Assembly (NCBI GenBank): GCA_963662965.1
Contig: OY759970.1
Span: 3,649,204 to 3,713,203, forward strand
Direction of reading: 5' to 3'
DNA from: Vicinamibacterales bacterium
GTDB lineage: Bacteria; Acidobacteriota; Vicinamibacteria; Vicinamibacterales; UBA8438
Length of the DNA stretch: 64,000 nt
Within the stretch, counting starts at the first letter, position 1, and every line of letters begins with the position of its first letter. Below are positions 9,721-21,103 of the stretch, piece after piece. The notes below the pieces were generated by a model. The model worked only from the letters and a program-made list of their open reading frames with translations. It made no database searches and was not told where the DNA came from. Both the position numbers and the translations under genes were made by a program.

Positions 9721-11628
9721 ATGACAATCATCCCGACGACATATCATCGCGTCGCGCGGCATTCGCTGTGGTTGCTGATGCTGGCGAGCCTCGCCGCGCA
9801 GCCGGTGCACGCGCAGGACGACTGGCCGACCTGGGGACGCGATCCCGGCAACCAGCGCCACTCCCCGCTAACCCAGATCAACACCAGCAACGTCTCGACC
9901 CTAGTGCCGGCTTGGCGGTACGAGATGACGCAGGAGGGCGTGCCGTCACGGCCGAGCCAGTCGACCCCGCTCATGGTCGAAGGCGTCCTGTACCTGTCGT
10001 TCCCATACTACCGCGTGGTGGCACTGGAGCCGGCGGCCGGCGACGTGATCTGGGAGTACACGGCGCCCGGGGACTGGAATTCATCGGAGCACCAGCTGCA
10101 CTGGACGGGTGGTTCGATGCGGGGACTGGCGTACTGGGAAGGCGACGATGTGACGCCGTCGCAGATCGTCTTCGGCACCGAGGAGGGCGAGCTGATCTCG
10201 CTGAACGCGCAGACCGGCATCCCCAACGCCCGGTTCGGCAACGACGGTTACGTCGACCTGAAGACCCCGGACGTGATGAACAATTTCCCGGACATGCACT
10301 ATGGGATCTCGTCAGGGGTCGCCGTCTACAAGCACCTGGTGTTCACCGGTGTCCACAACGCGGACGAGACGGGATCGAAGGGCCCGGCGGGCGACGTGCG
10401 CGCGTGGGATCTGCGGACGGGCGACCTCGTCTGGACGTTTCACACCGTGCCCCGGCCCGGCGAGGTCGGAAACGAGACCTGGGTCGACGACTCCTGGCGC
10501 AACGTCAGTGGCGCCAACACCTGGAGCTTCTTCACCGTCGACGAGGAGCGCGGCATCCTGTACATGCCGCTCGGATCCGCCCATAACGACTTCTATGGAA
10601 CCGACCGTCCCGGGGACAACCTCTTCTCCGATTCGATCGTGGCGGTCGATGCCCTGACGGGTGAGCTGAAGTGGTATTTCCAGGCCGTCCATCACGACCT
10701 CTGGGACCTCGACATGCCGGTGCCGCCGATCCTGTTCGACGTGGAGCGGGACGGCGAGACGATTCCGGCCGTCGGCGTCATGACGAAGTATCCGGTCTTG
10801 TTCGTCTTTAACCGGGTCACGGGCGAGCCGATCTACGAGATCGAAGAACGTCCCGTACCTCGGGGGGATATGCCCGGGGAGTACTACTCGCCGACGCAGC
10901 CGTTCCCGGTGAAGCCGCCGCCCTTCGGGCGCATCCGCTTCACGATGGACGACATCGCGACGGTCACGCCGGAGCATACGGCCGCGTGCCGCGAGCTGTT
11001 GATGACCTACGACGGGGGGCGCAACCGCGGCCCCTACACGCCGCCGTCGCTGCAGGGCTCGCTTGTGTTTCCGTCGACCGGCGGCGGGACGGAGTTCACC
11101 GGTGGGACCTTCGATCCAAGTCTGGGGTACTACATCATCAACTACGCGGACACCGGACACATCAGTACGCTCAGACGCGTGGAGGACGATCCGGATCGTC
11201 GAAGCTATGCGGGTCCTCCTGAGTCACGCCGGATCTATTGGCACATCGTCGACCGGTTGACCGTCGACGGCTGGCCCTGTTGGCAGCCGCCGTGGTCCAG
11301 GCTGACCGCTGTGGACGTGAACACGGGCGAGATCGCCTGGCAGATCCCGTTCGGCACGGTCGAGGGTGCGCCTCCCGGGCTTCTGACCGGCGCCCCCAAC
11401 TCTCAAAAGGGTGGGCCGACCTCTACCGCGGGGGGGGTGCTCTTCATCGGGGGGGCCACCGATCGACGGTTCCGTGCCTACGAGACGAAGACTGGGCGGG
11501 AGCTGTGGAGTGTCGAGACCGAGCAGTTAATCAGCGGCGCCAATCCGATCACCTACATGGGCAAGGACGGAAAGCAGTACGTGGCCGTGGCCGCGGGCAC
11601 CACGCTGCTGACCTACACGCTGCCGTGA
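9721..11628 (+). CDS. Quinoprotein (PQQ) glucose dehydrogenase-like protein
   Basis: DWPTWGRD..SPLTQIN, VHHDLWDLD, SPTQPFP, NPITYMGKDGKQYV; signal peptide from ATG 9721. Confidence 0.9.
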   Translation: MTIIPTTYHRVARHSLWLLMLASLAAQPVHAQDDWPTWGRDPGNQRHSPLTQINTSNVSTLVPAWRYEMTQEGVPSRPSQSTPLMVEGVLYLSFPYYRVVALEPAAGDVIWEYTAPGDWNSSEHQLHWTGGSMRGLAYWEGDDVTPSQIVFGTEEGELISLNAQTGIPNARFGNDGYVDLKTPDVMNNFPDMHYGISSGVAVYKHLVFTGVHNADETGSKGPAGDVRAWDLRTGDLVWTFHTVPRPGEVGNETWVDDSWRNVSGANTWSFFTVDEERGILYMPLGSAHNDFYGTDRPGDNLFSDSIVAVDALTGELKWYFQAVHHDLWDLDMPVPPILFDVERDGETIPAVGVMTKYPVLFVFNRVTGEPIYEIEERPVPRGDMPGEYYSPTQPFPVKPPPFGRIRFTMDDIATVTPEHTAACRELLMTYDGGRNRGPYTPPSLQGSLVFPSTGGGTEFTGGTFDPSLGYYIINYADTGHISTLRRVEDDPDRRSYAGPPESRRIYWHIVDRLTVDGWPCWQPPWSRLTAVDVNTGEIAWQIPFGTVEGAPPGLLTGAPNSQKGGPTSTAGGVLFIGGATDRRFRAYETKTGRELWSVETEQLISGANPITYMGKDGKQYVAVAAGTTLLTYTLP

Positions 11629-11678
11629 TGGGTCGCGCCGGGCGGATGAGGGCCAAGAAGAGCGAGTCGGAGGGTCAG

Positions 11679-11903
11679 ATGAGCCATCGATGTCTCGGTG
11701 CGGCGTTCACCGTGATCGCGTTCCTGTCGCTGGCGCCAGTGTTGGCTGCTGCTCAGTCGACGAACACGACGGCGCTACCCCGAACGCCGTGGGGTCAGCC
11801 GGACCTGCAGGGCGTGTGGGACTTCCGCACCATCACGCCCCTGGAACGCCCCAGCGACCTGGCCGGGAAGCCGGTTCTGACGGATGAGGAAGCGGCACGG
11901 TTC
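11679..11903 (+). pseudogene. N-terminal fragment of a conserved secreted protein
   Basis: Signal peptide + PRTPWGQPDLQGVWDFRTITPLERP, then abrupt loss of similarity. Confidence 0.7.
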
Positions 11904-12056
11904 GGCTGTCGTGAAGGCGACGACACGGGCATCGCCTGCTCCGGTCGATCCACGCAACGCCCAGGTGAGCCATTTGGCCGTCAGTTCCTCGGCCGGTCTG
12001 GGGGATGCCGATCGGGAGTCGCTTAGGCATGGACCAGCACGCTAGGTAGGCCTACC

Positions 12057-13223
12057 CCGTAAGGTGCGTTTAATCGGTCGACCCCTCATGCGGCCTCTCG
12101 ATTGTAGAAACTGAGTAATCCTCCGAGGCGTACCCGCCGCCGAACGTCGGCGTCCGGCCTTCGCGGAGGTGGTGGTCGTTGCAGGAGCTGGTTGTCGAGT
12201 CCCTGGTGGTTTCTCTCGCGATGGTCGTGTTCTATGTACTCGTAGACGAGACGACGCAGATGCCCCTCGCCGAGCGGGACCACGCGTGTGAGACACTCCT
12301 CTTTGATCGACCTGACGAACCGCTCGGCATAGGCGTTGAGATTGGGACTCTTCGGCGGCAGCCGAATCGGCTGAACACCGGCGCTCTCCAGGATCTCGCC
12401 AAAGACCCGCGTAGAGAGGGGATCGCGGTCGTGAATCAGAGGGCGCGCCCTGCGCAAACAGCCATCGACCGGGTCGGTCAAATTGCGGGCCTGCTGCTCC
12501 ATCCACGCGCCGCCCGGCTGCGGGTGGATCCCGGCGATGGTCACGTGGCGGGATCTCAGCTCGATCACGAAGAAGACGAGGTACCGCCTGAGCCCCGCCA
12601 GCGTCAACACCTCGACGGTGAACAGATCGCAGGCCGCCAGGCCCTCCCAGTGCGCCTGCAGGAACGTCTTCCAGGGCATGTGCCGGCTCCGCTCGGGCGC
12701 CGGGTCGACTCCGTGGTCGTGCAGGATCCGCTTCACCGTGGTCCGGGCGATAGTGTGGCCGAGGTTTGAGAGCGCGCCGCGGATCCGCGTGTAGCCCCAC
12801 CGCGGATTGTCGACCGCCATCCTGACCACGAGCTCGGCGACGTCTTGTCGGGTCATTGGTCGACCTCGACGTCGGCGGGCGCTGCCATCGTATTTCTTGG
12901 CGATCAGTCTCCGGTACCAACGCAGGATCGTATCCGGGGTGACGATGCCCGCGACCTGCGTCAAGACCCGCCGGCCGAGTTTGTGACCGCGCACAGCGAG
13001 TCGACGACGCTGGGCGTCCGTCAGGCGAAGCGGCCGAGGGCCCAGGTGTTCTCGGAGGACCCGATTCTCCTCCCGGAGATAGTCGATCAGATCGTCTTGG
13101 TGACGGTTCACCCAGCCAGCGAACGTGAGGACGAGGAACTGCAGCGCAGGCGGCATAGCCTGAGACTACTTGGGAGACTCGACCAGCACCGACCTAGCCT
13201 CGGCCGCTTTTTCGCACCATACG
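12057..13223 (-). mobile_element. Integrase-core IS, second copy of the 7995-9162 family; transposase 13156-12086
   Basis: Same IR and highly similar protein ([16 protein letters not shown]...). Confidence 0.85.
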
Positions 13224-13901
13224 CGGTGAAGGCGCGCACCACGGCGATGAACACGCTGAAGTAGATCGTCGTGCACGCCTCGCCGGTCCTACGAGAAGCC
13301 CTCCACGACCTCACCGATCACGGCCTGCTCACGCGCTGCGCCGGACTCCGACCGGGCCCCCTCGTCACGCCCACCGCGTCCGCCAAGCATACCCTCCGGG
13401 CGCTCGCCCGCCGCTGGATGGCTCTCACCGAGGAGATTGCGATACACGACCAGCACCTCACGCGCCTCACGACCGAGACATCGCCGACCCTCCGTGAGGG
13501 CTTCGGTGTGGGCGCCCACACCGCGGCCGAACTGTTGATCGTCTTCGGCGATCATCCCGACCGGATTCGTTCGGAAGCCGCCTTCGCGAAGCTCTGCGGC
13601 GCGTGTCCGATCCCGGCCTCGTCCGGGATGACCACCGGCCGGCACCGCCTCAATCGAGGCGGCCACCGACACGCCAACGCCGCCCTCTATCGAGCCGTCA
13701 TCGTCCGCATGCGGTACCATCAGCCGACCGTTGATTACGTCGCACGCCGCACGGCGGACGGCCGAACCAAGCGAGAGATCATCCGGTGCCTGAAACGTTT
13801 CCTCGCTCGCGAGATCTACCAGCGCGTCATGACCGATTTCCGCGCTCGCCAAGAGATCATCCAGGCCGCCTGAACGAGTGTCTTGACATATAGGGGCGTC
13901 A
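13224..13901 (+). pseudogene. IS110 family transposase 3' fragment
   Basis: SEAAFAKLCGACPIPASSG, HRLNRGGHRHAN, CLKRFLAREIY; internal TAG near 13262; end TTGACATATAGGGGCGTCA. Confidence 0.85.
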
Positions 13902-14246
13902 GTGCCCCTTGCGGTGTTCGTCGGTGAAGAACGGTGCGACCCAGATGACGGCCCGAGCACCAAGGACGGAGGCGTAGGTGATCGACTTCCCGAGATGGTC
14001 ATGGTCGGTCTTGTTGAGCTGATTCTCGATGACGACGTAATCGCCAGCGGAGTCGCGGGCGAGGATGTCGGCTGAGTAGGGACCGACAGCGACCTCAACA
14101 CGGTCCGTTTCGAGCTCGAGGCCGAGCGCGCCCCCGAGCTTCGACATGTTCTCGTCTCGTGCGAGCCAGGGTGTGAAGTCAGCTGCCTCATTGGGCCAAA
14201 GTTCCCGCACAGCGATGTTGGCGAGCTGTCCGAGCGTGTCAGTCAT
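13902..14246 (-). pseudogene. DUF4268-associated endonuclease-like protein, N-terminal part, truncated at the IS110 end
   Basis: RELWPNEAADFTPWL, VVIENQL..TDHDHLGKSITYAS. Confidence 0.75.
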
Positions 14247-14325
14247 AGGGCGTGATTCTCCTGGCGATAGAACGCGCTGTCAGGATTGCTATCGCTGTCG
14301 ATGTCGGCCCGAAGTTCAGCTCCGT

Positions 14326-14796
14326 CTAACCGACTCCGGCGCCGGCTGGCGGTGTCGGGTGGCTCGTTAGCAGTCCGAACAACATCCACGTGGCCCATCC
14401 GAACAGGATGAGCGTGCCAACGTCAACGACGAAGTCGATGGCGAAGCAGTCGCCGAGCCAACGTGCAACCTTGACCCATCCTCGGCCCCGTAACGTGGGT
14501 GTCCCTTCGGCGCGGTAGCCAATCCACATGACAGTCTTATTCAGCGCGGCAAGAAGCACTTGGGCGGCTACTCCGAACAGAAACAGCCTTCCCACGACAC
14601 TCGAGAGGTCCGACGCCGCGAGTCTCTCGGCTAAATCCTCATTCGTGAGGAACAAGACAGGCGCTCCGATACCGTACGCAACCAGCCACGTACGAAGAAC
14701 TTTGGAATGTTCTTCGTAGGCCTTGTAATACTCGGCGGCCAGGTCTGGAGGTGTGCGAGTGGGCGAATCCGTGGGGGGCATCTGCGGGCTGGTCAT
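14326..14796 (-). CDS. Hypothetical membrane protein
   Basis: 156 aa ORF with 3 hydrophobic segments. Confidence 0.55.
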   Translation of the reverse strand: MTSPQMPPTDSPTRTPPDLAAEYYKAYEEHSKVLRTWLVAYGIGAPVLFLTNEDLAERLAASDLSSVVGRLFLFGVAAQVLLAALNKTVMWIGYRAEGTPTLRGRGWVKVARWLGDCFAIDFVVDVGTLILFGWATWMLFGLLTSHPTPPAGAGVG

Positions 14797-14976
14797 CGGT
14801 CAGCGTTGTCGAGCGGCTACTCACTCTACGGGGATCTTGCACTCATCTCAACAGCATTCGCTCGTGCCCGAACACACGCGTCCGATGGCCCAGGCTACGT
14901 CGCCAATGGAAACGAACTCGCCGCGTTTATGCGGCTTGCGGTTTTTGCTCATCGAAGCCCCCGAACACGCCGAGGA

Positions 14977-15182
14977 TCAATCTGTTTCTCCTTCCCTTGC
15001 CTTCGACAGAGCCGATGCGATCAGCCCTGTGGGCACCGCTACGATGCCGAGTCCGATGAACAGGACCACGAAGGTGAACAGACGGCCCCCGAGCGTTACC
15101 GGGTAGACATCACCGTACCCCACAGTAGTCAGCGTCACCACGGCCCACCAGAGGCTGTGAAACACGGATGCGAACTTCTCTG
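14977..15182 (-). pseudogene. Potassium channel C-terminal fragment, truncated by IS21
   Basis: WWAVVTLTTVGYGD selectivity filter. Confidence 0.85.
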
Positions 15183-17671
15183 TGTCAAGGGCGGAGCAAA
15201 ATTAGACCACCGTGGCGGAGGAAAACTAGACCATCCGGCCGTGGAGTGGCGTGGCTGAAGGCGGCCGTGCGGAGGAGAGGTCAGGATGCCGGAGCGGCCG
15301 CGGGCGGGCGGGCTTTCTTGCTGTGTTCGAGGCGATAGCTCTCGCCGTTGAGCTCCAGGATGTGGACGTGGTGGGTCAATCGGTCGAGCAGCGCGCCCGT
15401 CAGCCGTTCGGAGCCGAAGATCTCGGTCCATTCGTTGAAGGGCAGATTCGAGGTCACCAGCGTGGACGCTTGCTCGTAGCGCTGGGAGAAGATCTCGAAG
15501 AGCAGCTCGGCGCCGGTCTTCGATAACGGCACGTAGCCGAGCTCGTCCACGATCAAGAGGTCCTGTTTGACGAGCGGCTTCTGCACGCGCAGCAGGCGCG
15601 TATCGTCCCGGGCCTCGAGGAGTTCGTTCACGAGCGCGGCGGCGGTGGTGAAGCGCACCCGATAGCCCTTCTGGCAGGCCGCGAGCCCCAACGCCAGCGC
15701 CAGATGGGTCTTGCCCGTGCCGGAGTTGCCCAACGCCAAGACGTTCTCTCTGCGGTCGAGATACTCCGAGCGGGCCAGCTCCAGCACCAGGCGTTTGTTC
15801 ACCGACGGGATCGCACGGAACTCGAAGGTGTCGAGACTCTTCAAGACCGGGAACTTGGCGGCCTTGATGCGGCGCTCGGTGGCGCGCTGCTCGCGATCGA
15901 GGAGCTCCAGCTCGCAGAGGTGGAACAGGTAGCGGGGACAGTCGAGCCCTTCTTGGGCACAGTGCCGCGCGACTTTGTCGTACTCGCGCAAGAAGGTCGG
16001 CAGGCGCAGCGCCTTGAGATGCGCCTCGAGCAGCAGGGTGGGTTTCGTCATCACTCGGCCCCCAGGAGTGCCAGGGAGTTCGCGGCGGCGGTCGTGGCCA
16101 CGCGGGCGACCGGCCGATGCGGATACTGCGCCAGATCGAGGCGGGGTGGCCGGTGGTCGAGGCGGCACAGCACCAGGTGCTTGACGGCGTCGAACCCGAT
16201 CGCCCCCAGGCGCACGGCGTCCTGGACGGCGCCGCTGACGTGGTCGAGCCGAAAGTCCTCGAGCCGCCGCAACACCTGCACGTACTCGCGCGTGCCGGCC
16301 TTGCCCAGCCGCGCCTCTCACAGGCGTCGCAGTCGGAGAAACTCCTCCGGCAGTGCCCATCCGGCCAGGGGCGCCGCCTGATCGAGCGCGCCGGTCTTGC
16401 GCTCCAACAAGGCCAGGTCGTGCCGCGGGTTACAGATCAACTCCTCCCGTCCGTAGCTGCGCCGATGCCGGGCGATCTCGTCACTCCCGCACACGATCAC
16501 GACGTCGTCCACCGAGCCTTTCACCAGCACCTCGCGGTGGCCGTAGGCGGTCGGCACCGAGTAGTCGTTGCGGCGGTAGCGCACCAGCGACAACGACGTG
16601 ACCCGCGTCGTCCGCGTGTCGCAGGCGTCATACGGGACCGGCGGCAACGGCAACAACGCCTCGCGGTCGCGCGCGAAGCGCTCCCCGATCGTCTCTCCGT
16701 GTGCCGCCGCAGCCGGCGCCCGCGACGCGCGTTGCACTGGCGCTCGAGGTCGGCGTTCAACGCGTCCCAACTGCCAACCCGGGGGATCGGCACAAAGAAA
16801 TTGCGGCGAGCGTAGCCGACCAGCCCTTCCACCTTCCCTTTGTCGTTGCCCTTGCCCGGCCGCCCGAAGCGGGCGTCGAACCAGGAGTGCGACTGGAGCT
16901 CGCTGAAGACCTGCGTCCGCTGGCGCGTGCCGTCCCCGAGGATCCGCGCCACCGCCAGCGTGGTGTTGTCATAGACGATGCGCCGCGGCACCCCCCCGAA
17001 GTACGTGAACGCCGCGTTGTGCCCGTCGCAGAACGCCTCCGTCGTCTCGGCGGGAAACGCCTTCACGAACCCGTCGTCGCTGTGCGGGAGATCAACGACC
17101 AGGTCGTGCGCTTTGCATTCGACGCCAGCGATCACGACCAGTGCTTCGCCGAAGTCGGCCTGGGCGTCGCCCGGCGGATGGGCCAGCGGCACGAACATCT
17201 CCTGCCCGCCCAGCCGCTGCGCGCGCACGTAGGCTTTGACGATCGTGTCGCCGCCCGTGAAGCCGTACTCCGCGCGTCAGCGTTCGCCGATGCGCTTGGC
17301 CGTGTGCCGTTGCTTCTTCGGACGGGACTGATCCTCGCGGAGGATCTGATCGATGACCCCCGTGAAAGCGTCCAGCTTCGGACGCCGGATCGGCTGCGCC
17401 CGGCGATACCCGGGCGGCAGGCGGTACCGCAGCATCTTGCGCACCGTCTCACGGGCCAGCCCGAAGCGGCGCGCCGCCGCGCGCTCGCTCAATCCCTCCA
17501 CATACACGCTGCGCCGCACCGCCGCATAGAGCTCCACTCGATACATCCCTCCTGTGTTCCACAAAACACCCTGGGAATGCTCGGTGGACCACCCACGCGG
17601 TCTGGTTTTCCGCCGCCCTCAGGCCGCGTCACCCCGCCGCGCTGTGGTCTATTTTTGCTCCGCCGTTCTCG
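15183..17671 (-). mobile_element. IS21 family element: istA (17546 to about 16051, frameshifted) and istB (16051-15281)
   Basis: Ends TGTCAAGGGCGGAGCAAAATTAGACCAC with an internal repeat; IstB GNSGTGKT, LIVDELGY; IstA QADFGEA, YDN, KGKVE split over frames. Confidence 0.9.
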
Positions 17672-17886
17672 TACCACCCACGCTGCAAACTGGCGAAGCC
17701 TCCGGCACGATCACGAACGTCGCACTGGCTGAGGCGGTGGGTGCGTACGAAAAGGATCTCCTACAGGATGCCCTCAAGACCACGCGAGGGAATCGCGTGA
17801 AGGCCGCGACGCTCCTCGACTCCACCGAACGCATCATCAGCTACAAGGTGAAGAAGTACGGGATCGACTGCCGGCGATTTCGATGA
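17672..17886 (+). pseudogene. C-terminal Fis-type HTH of a sigma54-dependent activator (NifA/NtrC-like), truncated by IS21
   Basis: EKDLLQDALKTTRGNRVKAATLLDSTERIISYKVKKYGI. Confidence 0.8.
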
Positions 17887-17906
17887 TCAGATGATCCCAA
17901 GAGCCT

Positions 17907-18073
17907 ACAATAATGTCAGCCATGTCTCATGATTAAACATTTATGTTAATTAATGGATCGCTTGACAAGGTGTATGGAACCTTTTATTACTGTAAAAGTG
18001 CTATTTAGACATGTTCTTGAGATCAAAATAGATACATAAATGTTGAGTATAACGCTAGCGTCAACATTTACGT
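17907..18073. promoter_or_regulatory. Four ACA-W4-(T/C)GT palindromes, putative enhancer sites
   Basis: ACAATAATGT 17907, ACATTTATGT 17937, ACATAAATGT 18034, ACATTTACGT 18064 in an AT-rich spacer. Confidence 0.55.
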
Positions 18074-18156
18074 AGTACATCAGGTGCCTGCGAAACCTGC
18101 CCAACGCGAAACACCAATGTTTTCGGGCGCTGCTGGCTGCAACCGTTGCGGTGAGG

Positions 18157-18173
18157 TTGGCCTGCGTCTTGCT
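18157..18173 (+). promoter_or_regulatory. Sigma54 -24/-12 promoter
   Basis: TTGGCCTGCGTCTTGCT has exact GG-N10-GC spacing, 35 bp before glnK. Confidence 0.7.
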
Positions 18174-18196
18174 ACTCCTACCAACCAAACCGTTAG

Positions 18197-18547
<351 letters not shown>

Positions 18548-18571
18548 GAGCCAGAGAATGAGGAGCACGCT

Positions 18572-19903
18572 ATGAAGAATGGGTTGCGTAACTCGATCGC
18601 CCGCTGTGCCGTGCTCGCTGTCTTCCTCCTCGTGCTGGCGCCGCAGGTCGCCTTCGGACAGGAGGAAGAGGCGGGCGTGGTGTCGCTTGAGATGTTCACG
18701 GTCAACAACACGTGGATGCTCGTCGCCGCGTTCCTCGTGTTCATCATGCACCTCGGCTTTGCGTGTTTGGAGTCCGGGCTGACACAGGCGAAGAACACCG
18801 TCAACATCCTTTTCAAGAACATCTCCATCGTCGCCATCGGCCTGCTGACCTACGCAGTCGTCGGATTCAACCTCATGTATCCGGGCGACTTTGCCCTCGA
18901 GGGAGTCTTTGGGTTTGCAGGCTTCGGACTGGACCCGGGGGTGGATGGCAACACCGTCGCCTACGCCGACGGCGCCTATACGTATTGGACCGATTTCATC
19001 TTCCAAGCCATGTTCGCGGCGACCGCCGCCACCATCGTCTCCGGAGCCGTGGCGGAGCGCATCAAGCTTGCCCCCTTCCTCGCCTTCACGAGCATCTACG
19101 TGGCGCTGGTGTACCCCATTACCGGCTCCTGGAAATGGGGCGGAGGGTGGTTGGACGCGATGGGCTTCTACGATTTTGCTGGCTCCACCCTCGTGCACTC
19201 GGTCGGCGGGTGGGGAGCGCTCGCAGGAATTATCGTCCTAGGCCCCAGGCTCGGAAAGTACGTCGGTGGGCGAGTCAAAGCCATCGCGGGTCACAACATG
19301 CCCCTCGCGACGATCGGCGTCTTCCTGCTCTGGCTGGGATGGTACGGCTTCAACGGTGGGTCGGTCCTGAGTGCCGATCCGGAGCTGGTCTCGCTGGTCT
19401 TCGTGACGACCTCGCTTGCCGCCGCGGCCGGCGTCGCCGGCGCCATGGTCACCTCGTGGACCCTCCAACACAAACCCGACCTCAGCATGGTGCTAAACGG
19501 TGCGCTGGCCGGCCTCGTCGGCATCACGGCGGGTGCTGACGTCGTCAGTGTCAACGCCGCCATGCTCATCGGGTTCATCGCTGGAATCATCGTGGTCGGC
19601 GCCGTGCTCCTCATCGATCGGGTGCACATCGACGACCCTGTTGGAGCGGTCTCCGTCCATCTCGTCTGTGGCATCTGGGGCACCATGGCGGTCGGGATCT
19701 TCAGCGCCGACCATTCGTTTGTCACACAAGCCATCGGCGTACTCGCCTACGGTGCCGTCTGCTTCCCCGCAGCCCTGGGCATCTTCTTCGCACTGAAGCA
19801 GACCGTGGGATTACGGGTCAGCAAGGAAGAGGAAAACATCGGTCTCGATGTGGGCGAGCATGGGATGGAAGCGTACGGCGGCTTCCAGATGGTCAATCGG
19901 TAG
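18572..19903 (+). CDS. amtB: Ammonium transporter
   Basis: DFAGSTLVHSVGG, LWLGWYGFNGGS, DDPVGAVSVH. Confidence 0.95.
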   Translation: MKNGLRNSIARCAVLAVFLLVLAPQVAFGQEEEAGVVSLEMFTVNNTWMLVAAFLVFIMHLGFACLESGLTQAKNTVNILFKNISIVAIGLLTYAVVGFNLMYPGDFALEGVFGFAGFGLDPGVDGNTVAYADGAYTYWTDFIFQAMFAATAATIVSGAVAERIKLAPFLAFTSIYVALVYPITGSWKWGGGWLDAMGFYDFAGSTLVHSVGGWGALAGIIVLGPRLGKYVGGRVKAIAGHNMPLATIGVFLLWLGWYGFNGGSVLSADPELVSLVFVTTSLAAAAGVAGAMVTSWTLQHKPDLSMVLNGALAGLVGITAGADVVSVNAAMLIGFIAGIIVVGAVLLIDRVHIDDPVGAVSVHLVCGIWGTMAVGIFSADHSFVTQAIGVLAYGAVCFPAALGIFFALKQTVGLRVSKEEENIGLDVGEHGMEAYGGFQMVNR

Positions 19904-20045
19904 GGGTGCGCCTCACAATCCATATCTTTAGGGAATCAACTCGGTGCGTAACAGCCGGATACGGAGGATGACGATGTCGTTGATGCGAACGCTGGATCGC
20001 GTTGGAGTGGGAGTGGTGTCGGTCGTGAGGCTCTCGATGGATCGT

Positions 20046-20729
20046 ATGTCCAGAAAACAGATGAGAAAGATCGGCATGGCGACTCTCGCGGTCGCGCTCC
20101 TTGCGCCTCTCGGAGCCGACGCCCAAGAGGCCGAGGTTACCGCCAATGCGGGCTTTGTGAGCCAGTACTTCTATCGCGGGATCCTACAGAAGACGTCGTC
20201 CGCGAGCGCAGGTTTGGACCTGGGCTACGGAGCCCTGTCTCTGGGCACATGGCTTGCGGACGTCGGAGAAGGCGTCGAGGTCGATTTCTTCGGCAGTGTC
20301 GGAGCCGACGTGGGAGAGGTGAGTCTGAGCGTCGGAGGGACCGCCTACCTGTACACGGGTCAGTTCGACGACACCTATCTCGAGGCCAATCTCGGCGCCG
20401 GATACGGCCCTTTGAGCGTCGAGTTTTCGATCGGCCAGTATGATTCGCCGCCCGAGGGAGGGGCTGTTGGCGACAAGCAGGATTATTGGTTCCTCGGCGT
20501 CACGGCGGAGCACGAGGGATTCTATGGCACGGTCGGGACCTTCGGACATGACTTCGATGGAGCCTACGGGGAGGTCGGGTACGGCTTCTCGGCGGCGGAG
20601 CTCGACTTCACGATCTCAGGGATCCTGAGCGATTCGGATCTTTCTGGCCTGGTGGAAGGGCCAGACGACAACCCGACGTCCGGGGTCACCCTGGTGTTCG
20701 GCGTAAGCAAGACGTTCGGTCTCAACTAA
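20046..20729 (+). CDS. Putative outer-membrane porin (TorF/TIGR02001-like)
   Basis: Signal peptide, FVSQYFYRG, amphipathic beta strands, end FGVSKTF; start 20046 or 20061. Confidence 0.7.
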   Translation: MSRKQMRKIGMATLAVALLAPLGADAQEAEVTANAGFVSQYFYRGILQKTSSASAGLDLGYGALSLGTWLADVGEGVEVDFFGSVGADVGEVSLSVGGTAYLYTGQFDDTYLEANLGAGYGPLSVEFSIGQYDSPPEGGAVGDKQDYWFLGVTAEHEGFYGTVGTFGHDFDGAYGEVGYGFSAAELDFTISGILSDSDLSGLVEGPDDNPTSGVTLVFGVSKTFGLN

Positions 20730-20819
20730 CAAACGGCGACGCCCTCAAGTCGATCAACGGGAACGACGACGTCGTCGTGACGAGTCTCGCCCGTCGCTTT
20801 CCTCCTTGGCGCTGGGCAG

Positions 20820-20848
20820 CGGGAGCCGAGGTCGATCCTCGGCTCCCG
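20820..20848 (+). terminator. Strong hairpin after the glnK-amt-porin operon
   Basis: CGGGAGCCGAGG-tcgat-CCTCGGCTCCCG, 12-bp stem, no U tract. Confidence 0.45.
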
Positions 20849-20937
20849 TGCCACTCTCGAACCGCTGACCCAATCGAGTGTCATCAGGTGAACAAGCGTG
20901 AAATCTTGATAAGATACGTCGGCTGGGCTCAACTGTC

Positions 20938-21103
20938 GGTGCTTCCGTCATCAAGTGTTGGTGAAGAGAGCTTAAGCCCTAATCATCCAGATACTTCCAG
21001 CCGATTTTGACGCTGGCACCTCTCTGGCACTGAATATCTAGTCTAAGCGGTTTGGTTAGAACGAGATAAGGGCGGGGTAGCAACAGTTGATGGCGGAAGC
21101 ACC
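20938..21103. mobile_element. 166-bp MITE with IS1-type ends (copy 2)
   Basis: Near-identical to 7512-7677, same orientation. Confidence 0.85.

Noticed and set aside
18134-18149. Alternative sigma54 promoter TGGCTGCAACCGTTGC
   Set aside because: GG-to-GC spacing is 11 rather than 10
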